From positions 1 through 56,418 of the forward strand of contig CAZLZS010000003.1 in the NCBI GenBank assembly GCA_964564105.1: a stretch of 56,418 nucleotides of DNA. Direction: 5' to 3'. The number at the start of each line of letters is the position of its first letter. The stretch's first letter is position 1. Position numbers and translations under genes: made by a program. The stretch comes from an uncultured Candidatus Saccharibacteria bacterium (lineage in GTDB: Bacteria > Patescibacteriota > Minisyncoccia > Phycocordibacterales > JACOZG01). Shown here one piece after another: positions 42,819 through 50,880 of the stretch. A model generated the notes under the pieces. It did no database searches. It was not told the DNA's origin and saw only the letters and a program-made list of their open reading frames with translations.

Positions 42819-45208
42819 TGAAAAAAGGTGTTTTAACTTCCATCCTCTGCTTGATTCTGTTATCTGGTTTTTCTTCGCTCGTCAGACCTAATATATCTTT
42901 TGCCGACCATGACCGCTTTCACACTCTAGAACAACAGTTGGCCAACGGAGAAATAACCGAGGCGGATTACAATCGTTTCGTTGCAGAGGAAAACATGCTA
43001 CAAGTGATTGAAACCAACCTTAAATATCTGCGAAACCAATTGAACTCACCAGGGATAACAGAGGAAGAAAAACGAGTGATAAATGAAGAAATTGCTCGCC
43101 AGCAAGCCGAACTTAGATCGAGAGGCAGGGTGCAAGACCGAAATGTAACGGCCGCCGTGGTGGGTGGCAGAAACACTAGCTACGAATCCTGCGGCTGGTT
43201 TAGTTTCAATGTCCCATGTTGGATCAGAAACGGCATCACTTTTATCGGGGTGGTTTTTAAAGAAATCTTCGGCGGGGTCTTATCTGTAGTTGGGGTGATA
43301 TTTGATCAATCGGTGAAATTCTCCATCAGCGAATTTTCCAGTTTAGCCGGCGGAACCGATGAAACGGGCAACGCCGTTCAGGTGACTTGGAAAATTCTTC
43401 GCGATCTGGCCAATCTGTTTTTCATTTTCATCCTGCTTTACATTGCCATAGGAATGATTTTGCAATTATCCAGTTTCGGCGGGAAGCGGCTCCTAGTCAA
43501 TGTAATTATCGTCGCGCTCCTGATTAACTTCTCGGCCTTTTTCACCCGGATCGTGATAGACGCCTCCAATGTCGCGGCTTATCAATTTTATAAAGCCATA
43601 GGATCCTTGGGGGGAGAAAACAACGGGAATATTGCCGCGGCCTATATGAAAACCTTGCCGCTCGGCACCGCTTTCAGTTTAACCGAAGTCGCGGCCACCG
43701 ATGTAGCCGGATTGGTCTATGAAGAGTTCGGGGCTTTTGCCAGAACCACCTTGCTGGCCTTCGGCACAGTGGTGATGTTAATAATTGCCATCTTTCTATT
43801 TCTCGCGGCCACCATTCTTTTTGCTGTGCGGACTGTTACTTTAATTTTCATGATTATTCTCTCGCCGCTCGCTTTTTTAATGTATGCCTTCCCCAATCAA
43901 AAAGGCTTGTTTGATAAATGGTTGGACACTCTGCTTAAACAATCGTTTTTCGCACCTCTCTATCTTCTAATGATATATGTCTCGCTTCTGGTTCTTAATA
44001 GTCCGCCTCTTCAAGCCCAATTAAGGGCCTCTACTGCCAGTTTCAGCCATCTCGTTTTTTACTATCTTATTGCCGCTGGCCTGATGTTCGGCGCCTTGAT
44101 CATCGCCAAATCGCTCGGGGCCAAGGGGGCGTCAGGGGCGATAGGTATCGGCAAAAAATGGGCGGGTTACGGCGTTGGGGCAATGTACACTCCAGTCCGG
44201 GGAATTGGCCGCGGCATCAAACATAAGGTTCAAACCGGACTTGGACAATTAGAGACCGGGAAGGGGAGAATCGGCGGAACCGCCACAATGAAAAAACTCA
44301 TCAGCGTCATTCCCTACGCCCGGGCTGGTATGCAGCGGGCGGCCGGCGCTTATCGGGCTGAAGTGGCCAAGAAGGGTGAGGACTTCTCCCGATTAAAGAC
44401 GAGCGAGATGCTCCGTCGTCTCGGCCAAACGGGTATTTTCCCGACCACCAGAATGGCGATGCTCCAAGCCATTGCCAAGAAAGATGACTTGGACGAGGTG
44501 CCGGTGAAAGAATTGCAGCGGGCGCGTGAACTTATGAAACAAGTCGGCGTCTCTACCACGGCAATGGAGAAATTACGACCTGATGCCGGAGAAAACCCGG
44601 TGGAAATTGAAAAAATGGTGGCCCGGCACAAACAGCCGGATATCGCTAAACTCCACAGAGTCATCGTTAGCGGTGAGGGAGCCAATGATGTTGTGGGCAA
44701 GGACGACCAGGGTAAGGATATAACCCGCCGCGATGCCTTAGCCAGTGCCATGATCAATCAATACGACGGCGGCTCGGCTAATTCGATCATCCGCCGCGGT
44801 GACGCTATTTCCGATGCTTTCCTAAGCGAACTGCTGAAACGGGCCAACAGCAAAGCCGGCACGACAGGCGAACGCAGTTCTGAACAAATAATCAAATATC
44901 TGGAAGAAGACATCCTTAAACCGATTAATGATAAACTCGCCCAAAAGCAAGAACAGATTAAACAAATTGAGACGATACCGGAAACCCAAAAGACCAGAGA
45001 CCAAAAGAAAGGGTTAAAGAAAGAGGTTGATGATTTGCGCGTCCAAGCCGGCAAGATTGCATCTCACGCGCGTTCATATCGTCTCGGCAATACCAGACGA
45101 GACGCCGGCCTTGACGAATTCGCGGGTAAAAAAGGTCCGGGACCAAAAACCACACCCCCTGCGCCCGCCAATCAACCGGGCGCGCCGGCCGGAGGAGTGG
45201 GAATATAA
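42815..45208 (+). CDS. VirB6/TrbL-like polytopic membrane protein with a long hydrophilic C-terminal extension
   Basis: 797 aa. It has a signal/anchor and a short coiled coil, then about 6-8 TM helices (LANLFFIFILLYIAIGMIL, LLVNVIIVALLINFSAFF, VMLIIAIFLFLAATILFAV, and others). A charged tail of about 330 aa follows. Position and topology match T4SS channel subunits. Confidence 0.55.
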   Translation: MMKKGVLTSILCLILLSGFSSLVRPNISFADHDRFHTLEQQLANGEITEADYNRFVAEENMLQVIETNLKYLRNQLNSPGITEEEKRVINEEIARQQAELRSRGRVQDRNVTAAVVGGRNTSYESCGWFSFNVPCWIRNGITFIGVVFKEIFGGVLSVVGVIFDQSVKFSISEFSSLAGGTDETGNAVQVTWKILRDLANLFFIFILLYIAIGMILQLSSFGGKRLLVNVIIVALLINFSAFFTRIVIDASNVAAYQFYKAIGSLGGENNGNIAAAYMKTLPLGTAFSLTEVAATDVAGLVYEEFGAFARTTLLAFGTVVMLIIAIFLFLAATILFAVRTVTLIFMIILSPLAFLMYAFPNQKGLFDKWLDTLLKQSFFAPLYLLMIYVSLLVLNSPPLQAQLRASTASFSHLVFYYLIAAGLMFGALIIAKSLGAKGASGAIGIGKKWAGYGVGAMYTPVRGIGRGIKHKVQTGLGQLETGKGRIGGTATMKKLISVIPYARAGMQRAAGAYRAEVAKKGEDFSRLKTSEMLRRLGQTGIFPTTRMAMLQAIAKKDDLDEVPVKELQRARELMKQVGVSTTAMEKLRPDAGENPVEIEKMVARHKQPDIAKLHRVIVSGEGANDVVGKDDQGKDITRRDALASAMINQYDGGSANSIIRRGDAISDAFLSELLKRANSKAGTTGERSSEQIIKYLEEDILKPINDKLAQKQEQIKQIETIPETQKTRDQKKGLKKEVDDLRVQAGKIASHARSYRLGNTRRDAGLDEFAGKKGPGPKTTPPAPANQPGAPAGGVGI

Positions 45209-45214
45209 TGGAAT

Positions 45215-46057
45215 ATGCCTAATCCAACGCTCCAAGAAATTAGCAAGCGCCTTGAGGTCATACCGCCGACCCTAAAAAACCTCTATCTCTCGGCCGAACT
45301 CGGCCAAAAATACCGCGGGCTCGAGGACAAATACGTTCTCGAATTTGAGCCAGCCGGGCGGCTAGCAAACGAGGTTGATTTCACCTTATTAAAATTCGCC
45401 CCCGTTTCCGATCTAGCCGAACGCATTCAAAGCCAAGTCGGAATGCCAGAAGATCGGGCCCGAAATATCACCTTAGACATTGATAGAGAGATACTTTCTC
45501 CGGTTAGGCAATTATTAAACGCTCAAACTGGCGCCGAACCAAAACAAGAAGAACATGGGTTTGGACGCCTACCGGCGGTAATCCAAAAAGCACTTGAGGC
45601 CATTGATTTGCATGGCATTATGCGAAAAATCGGCACTGAACAAAAACTCCACATTGACCAAATGGGAATACTAGATAACGAGGTGGGGGCGGTACTGGTC
45701 GGCGAAACTCGGCCGGAGGAATTTTTGTCGCGCCTCAAGTCAAAACTTCAGATTGACCAAACCGCGGCCGAGAGCATCGGCCGCGAGGCGAATGAACAGA
45801 TTTTCCTGCCGATCCGAGAGTCGCTACGGAAACTGCACGAGGAGACGGAAATGAGCGGGGGGGTGAAAACAATTGCTTCTCTGCCAAAACCGGAAACTCC
45901 GGCCGGGGAATTGCCGGACAAAGATAAACTGCTGGACGAGATCGAGCATCCGTCCAAGACGCCCGAGGACACGGTGTTTGAGAAAAAACTCGGGCAACTC
46001 TTCCGCATCCCACGGGAAGAAGTCGATTTAGACCCGTATCTGGAAAAGCCAGAGTAG
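45215..46057 (+). CDS. Acidic hypothetical protein with an internal duplication
   Basis: 280 aa. Two related segments are seen (LANEVDFTLL...DIDREILSPVRQLL and LDNEVGAVLV...EANEQIFLPIRESL). No TM helix is present. Confidence 0.5.
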   Translation: MPNPTLQEISKRLEVIPPTLKNLYLSAELGQKYRGLEDKYVLEFEPAGRLANEVDFTLLKFAPVSDLAERIQSQVGMPEDRARNITLDIDREILSPVRQLLNAQTGAEPKQEEHGFGRLPAVIQKALEAIDLHGIMRKIGTEQKLHIDQMGILDNEVGAVLVGETRPEEFLSRLKSKLQIDQTAAESIGREANEQIFLPIRESLRKLHEETEMSGGVKTIASLPKPETPAGELPDKDKLLDEIEHPSKTPEDTVFEKKLGQLFRIPREEVDLDPYLEKPE

Positions 46058-46104
46058 AAGCAACGTAAAACTCAAAACGAAAAGCGTAAAACATACAACT
46101 AAAA

Positions 46105-46485
46105 GTGCAAAACACTGAGCAGGAAAACAAAAGGGGGTTAAAAGAAAGATCCTATCATTATGCATTGGAAATAATAGCCCTGGTAAACCATCTGCCCAAA
46201 CAAGACTCGGCTGCAATGGTTATCTACAAGCAACTAATACGTAGCGCCACCAGCATCGGAGCCAATATTATAGAAGCCCAAGCCGGCAGTTCAAGAAAAG
46301 ATTTTACAAACTTTTTCAGTTACGCCCTAAAATCCGCCAATGAGAGCAAATTTTGGTTAGGATTATTGAGAGATTCTGGTAAAATAGACAGCGGTCGAGC
46401 CAGTGGCCTGTTAAACGAAACTGCCGAATTGGCCAACATTTTAGCTTCAAGTATCATAACCTTAAAAGGCAAGAGGAATTTATGA
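46105..46485 (+). CDS. Four-helix-bundle protein (23S rRNA intervening-sequence protein family)
   Basis: 126 aa with YHYALEIIALVNHLP......IYKQLIRSATSIGANIIEAQAGSSRKDFTNFFSYALKSANESKFWLGLL, the family signature. Confidence 0.85.
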   Translation: MQNTEQENKRGLKERSYHYALEIIALVNHLPKQDSAAMVIYKQLIRSATSIGANIIEAQAGSSRKDFTNFFSYALKSANESKFWLGLLRDSGKIDSGRASGLLNETAELANILASSIITLKGKRNL

Positions 46486-46537
46486 TTTTAGTTTTAACTT
46501 GTTGTTTTAAATTTTTCGCTTTTCACTTTACGCTTCC

Positions 46538-46939
46538 ATGAACTTTCAGGTGCCGCAATTTATCGAGGTGGAAGATAAAATCTTCGGCCCGCTGACCTTC
46601 AAACAATTCGTCTATCTCGCCGGTGGCGGGGGCGCGGTGTTCATGGCCTATGCCCTTCTACCAATTTATCTGAGCCTCTGGCTGATGATCCCGCTCACCA
46701 TTCTGGCGCTCGCCCTGGCGTTCTATAAAGTCAACAACCGGCCATTCGTCAATATCCTAGAATCGGCCTTTCGTTACACCCTCACGACCAAACTCTACCT
46801 CTGGAAAAAACAACCAAAAGCCGTCGAGCCGGCCGGCATCGCTTTAGGCCGGGAAAAACCAGTCGAGATTCCGAAACTATCCCGGAGCAAACTGCGCGAT
46901 CTGGCTTGGAGTTTGGATGTCAAGGAAAACATTAGATAA
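46538..46939 (+). CDS. PrgI-family (VirB3-like) T4SS membrane protein
   Basis: 133 aa with QVPQFIEVEDKIFGPLTFKQFVYLAGGG followed by two TM helices, the pattern of PrgI family proteins encoded next to VirB4. Confidence 0.7.
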   Translation: MNFQVPQFIEVEDKIFGPLTFKQFVYLAGGGGAVFMAYALLPIYLSLWLMIPLTILALALAFYKVNNRPFVNILESAFRYTLTTKLYLWKKQPKAVEPAGIALGREKPVEIPKLSRSKLRDLAWSLDVKENIR

Positions 46940-46972
46940 CGCAAAACTAAAAGCGAAAAACTAAAAACATAA

Positions 46973-47632
46973 ATGGAAACGGCAAAGGTAGAAAACAAAA
47001 CCAAGGCCCGGGCGGCGCAGGACTTTGTGCCGATTGAAGAAATCCGCGACGGCGTGGTGATTTTGAAAACGAGCGGCCTGCGGCTCGTGCTTATCTCATC
47101 CTCAATCAACTTCGCGCTTAAATCCGAGGACGAACAAACCGCTCTACTCCTGCAGTATCAGAACTTTCTCAACGCGCTCGAATTCCACATTCAAATTTTC
47201 GTCGAATCGCGAAAACTGGATATCCGGCCCTACCTGACAATTCTGGAAGATCTGGAGAAAAATCAATTGAACGATTTGATTAAGATTCAAACTCGCGAAT
47301 ACGTCGAGTTCGTTCGCACCTTCACCGAGAACACCAACATTATGTCCAAAACTTTTTTCGTCGTCATTCCCTACGAGCCGCCGGTGCTTGAGAAACCGAG
47401 CGGCATCTTCGTCAAACTCGGTCTGAGTCGCCGCCCCGCCTCGGGCGGGGCGGCGGGGGCGCCGGATAAATTTGAAGAATACCGCTCGCAACTGGAACAG
47501 CGCGCCACCGTCGTGGCGCAAGGGCTCTCACGCTTGGGCCTGCGGGTAGTCCAGCTCGGCACCGAGGAATTGGTCGAGTTGTTCTTTAAAATTTTCAACC
47601 CGGGCGAAGCCGAAGCGCCGCAGTTATCATGA
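46973..47632 (+). CDS. Stand-alone VirB4 N-terminal-domain-like protein
   Basis: 219 aa. FVPIEEIRDGVVILKTSGLRLVLISSSINFALKSEDEQTALLLQYQNFLNALEFHIQIF resembles the extreme N-terminus of Gram-positive VirB4 homologues (recalled pattern, not searched). It has an ATGA overlap with the ATPase gene. Confidence 0.5.
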   Translation: METAKVENKTKARAAQDFVPIEEIRDGVVILKTSGLRLVLISSSINFALKSEDEQTALLLQYQNFLNALEFHIQIFVESRKLDIRPYLTILEDLEKNQLNDLIKIQTREYVEFVRTFTENTNIMSKTFFVVIPYEPPVLEKPSGIFVKLGLSRRPASGGAAGAPDKFEEYRSQLEQRATVVAQGLSRLGLRVVQLGTEELVELFFKIFNPGEAEAPQLS

Positions 47633-49485
47633 GCTTGTTTGGCAAGAGAAAACCATCAGAAAACATCATCGCGCCGATTCTGCCGGCCGACATTTACAAA
47701 ATGGGGGTGCTCGAGCTCAAAGACATCATCGCGCCCTCGGCCTTAAAGATTACCCCGCGCCTGATCCACCTCGGCGAGAAAATGGCCCGGACCCTGTTTG
47801 TCATTTCCTATCCGCGGTTTCTAGCCGGCGATTGGTTTTCGCCCATCGTCAATCTGGACAAAATTTTTGACATTTCCATTCTCGTCCACCCCATCGACAC
47901 GGCGGTGGCTCTCCGGCAGCTCGAAAAAAAGGTCGCCGAGGTCCAAAGCCAGATCAGCATCAAAGAGGAAAAAGGGCTGGTGCGCGATCCGATCCTCGAC
48001 ATCGCTTATCAGGATATTGAAAATCTCCGCGACGCTCTCCAGCAGGCGCGGGAGAAAATTTTTGATGTCGGACTTTACCTGACGATTTACGGCGACTCGG
48101 AAGACGAACTCAATAAAATTGAAACCGAGATCAAGGGCATCCTGGACGCCAAATTGGTCTACCTGAAACCGGCTCTGTTCCAACAGGAAGAGGGTTTCAA
48201 AAGCACCTTGCCGGTGGCGGAGGATCGGCTCGGCGTCAATTACAAACTCAATTCCGCGCCGCTGTCGTCGCTGTTCCCATTTGTCTCTTTTGATCTGACT
48301 TCCAACCGCGGCATCCTCTACGGCATCAACCGGCATAACTCATCGCTGGTTCTGTTTGATCGTTTTTCGCTGGAAAATTACAACTCGGTGATCTTCGCCA
48401 AGTCCGGCGCCGGCAAATCCTACGCCACCAAACTGGAGATTCTGCGAAGCTTAATGTTTGACGCCGACATTATCGTGGTTGATCCCGAGCGGGAGTATGA
48501 ATTCCTGGCCGAGGCCGTGGGCGGCCGATATTTCAACATTTCTCTCACCTCCGAGCACCACATCAACCCCTTTGACCTGCCGTACCCCCGCGAGGACGAA
48601 TCGCCGGCCGATGTCCTGCGCTCGAACATCATCAACCTCGTCGGCCTGTTCCGGCTGATGTTGGGCGGCCTGACGCCCGATGAGGATGCGATCTTGGACA
48701 GCGCCATTACGGAAACCTACGCCTTGAAAGACATCGCGCCGGAGGCGGATTTTACCGGCAAGCCGGCACCCTTGTTATCGGATTTAGAGCTGGTGCTAGC
48801 CGGGATGGAGGGCGGCGAGTCACTGGCTCAACGGCTTGCCAAATACACCCAGGGCACCTGGGCTGGTTTTATCAACAAGCCGACCAACGTGGACATCAAT
48901 AAAAAATTCGTCGTGTTTTCGGTCCGCGATATGGAAGATGAGTTAAAGCCAGTGGCGATGTATATTGTCATGCACAACATCTGGAACGCCATCCGGCGGA
49001 ACTTGAAAAAGCGGCTCTTGGTGATTGACGAGGCCTGGTGGATGATGAAGGCCAAGGATACGGCATCCTTTCTTTTCTCCCTGGTCAAACGCGGTCGGAA
49101 ATACTATTTGGGTGTGGCGACGATCACCCAGGATGTCGGCGACTTCTTACTCTCGCCCTACGGTTTGCCGATCATCACTAATTCCTCGCTCCAGCTCCTC
49201 TTGAAGCAGTCGCCGGCCTCAATTGATCTGGTCCAGAAAACCTTTCAGCTTACTGATGAAGAAAAGTATCTGCTCTTGGAATCAAATGTTGGAGAGGGGA
49301 TCTTCTTCGCCGGACTCAAACACATCGCCGTCAAAATCATCGCCTCCTACACCGAGGATCAAATCATCACCTCGGATCCGTCTCAACTCCTGACGATCAA
49401 AAAGGCCAAGCAAGAACTGGCGGCGGGTGACTGGGAAGTCGGACTTCCAAATGGAAGTCCGACTTCCCAACCTCGGCAAACATGA
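47629..49485 (+). CDS. virB4: VirB4-family T4SS ATPase
   Basis: 618 aa with Walker A FAKSGAGKSY and Walker B LLVIDEAWWMM, plus GVATITQD. The N-terminal half has the VirB4 pattern (RTLFVISYPRFL..DWFSPI). Confidence 0.85.
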   Translation: MSLFGKRKPSENIIAPILPADIYKMGVLELKDIIAPSALKITPRLIHLGEKMARTLFVISYPRFLAGDWFSPIVNLDKIFDISILVHPIDTAVALRQLEKKVAEVQSQISIKEEKGLVRDPILDIAYQDIENLRDALQQAREKIFDVGLYLTIYGDSEDELNKIETEIKGILDAKLVYLKPALFQQEEGFKSTLPVAEDRLGVNYKLNSAPLSSLFPFVSFDLTSNRGILYGINRHNSSLVLFDRFSLENYNSVIFAKSGAGKSYATKLEILRSLMFDADIIVVDPEREYEFLAEAVGGRYFNISLTSEHHINPFDLPYPREDESPADVLRSNIINLVGLFRLMLGGLTPDEDAILDSAITETYALKDIAPEADFTGKPAPLLSDLELVLAGMEGGESLAQRLAKYTQGTWAGFINKPTNVDINKKFVVFSVRDMEDELKPVAMYIVMHNIWNAIRRNLKKRLLVIDEAWWMMKAKDTASFLFSLVKRGRKYYLGVATITQDVGDFLLSPYGLPIITNSSLQLLLKQSPASIDLVQKTFQLTDEEKYLLLESNVGEGIFFAGLKHIAVKIIASYTEDQIITSDPSQLLTIKKAKQELAAGDWEVGLPNGSPTSQPRQT

Positions 49486-49835
49486 TGGGCGGCGGGAAGA
49501 TCCAATATCGCATTCCGGTTTGGGAAAGCAGTTTGATGATCGCCGTGGCGGTAATTTATGACCTAGTCCAAATTGCCTTGACTTGGCTACTCGGTTGGCT
49601 TGGCCTTGGTTTTATCGGCGCTTGGCTCATGACGCTCTGGGCCGGCCTAACCTTTGGCTTGTGGTTTACCTTGAAAGGAGCGAGTATAATGAACGGCAGG
49701 CGCGCGGCTTCGTTCGGCCTCGGCGCGATCATTGAGGCCATCCCGCTCTTAAACGCTCTCCCGGGGTGGACGGTTTCCACAATCATAAGTTTGTCGGTCA
49801 CGCGGGCCGAGGACATTTTAACCAGTAGGCGATGA
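49482..49835 (+). CDS. Small polytopic membrane protein (T4SS-like operon)
   Basis: 117 aa with 3-4 TM helices. Both ends overlap neighbours by 4 nt. Confidence 0.55.
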   Translation: MMGGGKIQYRIPVWESSLMIAVAVIYDLVQIALTWLLGWLGLGFIGAWLMTLWAGLTFGLWFTLKGASIMNGRRAASFGLGAIIEAIPLLNALPGWTVSTIISLSVTRAEDILTSRR

Positions 49836-50527
49836 AAAAATTACTTATTATCTCGCTATTGATTCTTGCTCCCGTCTTCACCGGAGCGCAAACTTCGGCA
49901 GTAGATCTTGTTTGGGAAGCCGAGACTTATGTTCCGCCCGGCTATCGCGGTCGCACTCGGCCTAGCCCCGAGAGTCTGGTCCGGGTGGTGGCGATCACGT
50001 CGATTAAAAATCCGATTTTCCATTGGCGGAAAGACGGCGCGGACCTAAAGAGCGCCTCCGGCGCCGGCAAAAACACGTTTGACTTCCGCGCCGCCCCAAG
50101 CGGCAGTAATTTAATCGAAGTAACGGTAACGCGCTCGGACGGCTCGATCGGCGCCTCTGGCGCGGCTCAGATCCCCATCGCCGCGCCGAAAATTTTATTC
50201 TACGAGGTTAAAGACGGCCAGATTGATTACCGTCGGGCGCTGAAAAACTTAAATATTGTCACTGACCAGACCAAAATTATCGCCGAGCCGTTTTATTTTT
50301 CATCAATAGATTGGCTCAACCGCCGGCTCGTCTTCAACTGGTCGGCTAATCAGCAAAAGGTCGAACCAGCGACCGAAGACCCGCGCTTCCTGACGCTCAT
50401 CACCAACGCCGATTCCGGCGCCGGCGAAACTACGCTTGACTTAAAAATCACCAATACCGAACATCCGCTCCAAACCGCCGCGGCCAAGTTACTGATCAGT
50501 TTCGGTCAGTCAGGTTTTGGATTTTAA
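49832..50527 (+). CDS. Secreted hypothetical protein (T4SS-like operon)
   Basis: 231 aa with a signal peptide (MKKLLIISLLILAPVFTGAQT) and beta-rich sequence. Confidence 0.55.
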   Translation: MKKLLIISLLILAPVFTGAQTSAVDLVWEAETYVPPGYRGRTRPSPESLVRVVAITSIKNPIFHWRKDGADLKSASGAGKNTFDFRAAPSGSNLIEVTVTRSDGSIGASGAAQIPIAAPKILFYEVKDGQIDYRRALKNLNIVTDQTKIIAEPFYFSSIDWLNRRLVFNWSANQQKVEPATEDPRFLTLITNADSGAGETTLDLKITNTEHPLQTAAAKLLISFGQSGFGF

Positions 50528-50532
50528 TTATT

Positions 50533-50880
50533 ATGTTGAGAAATAAAAAATTATGGATCCTGTTCACACCAGGTGTTCTTCTGTTAGAACCGATCTCCGA
50601 CCCCGCAACCCAATCTACTCTTTCTCAACCAGATAGTTTAACCACTTATCTAGGCACTATCTTCCCGATCATCATCGGCCTGGCCGCCACTTTAGCGATA
50701 ATTATGATTGTGATCGGCGGCCTGGAATATATTTTGAGTCCCATACCAGGCAAAAAAGAAGAAGGGAAGAGGCGGATTACTGAAGCAATCTGGGGGTTGA
50801 TTCTTGCCCTGGCCGCTTATTTGATTCTCAAAACCATTAACCCCAATTTGGTAACTCTGCAGTTTCTTATTCCATCATGA
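50533..50880 (+). CDS. VirB2/TrbC-like T4SS pilin
   Basis: 115 aa. Two hydrophobic helices flank a short charged loop (IIGLAATLAIIMIVIGGLEYILSPIPGKKEEGKRRITEAIWGLILALAAYLILKTI), the typical T4SS pilin architecture. Confidence 0.65.
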   Translation: MLRNKKLWILFTPGVLLLEPISDPATQSTLSQPDSLTTYLGTIFPIIIGLAATLAIIMIVIGGLEYILSPIPGKKEEGKRRITEAIWGLILALAAYLILKTINPNLVTLQFLIPS

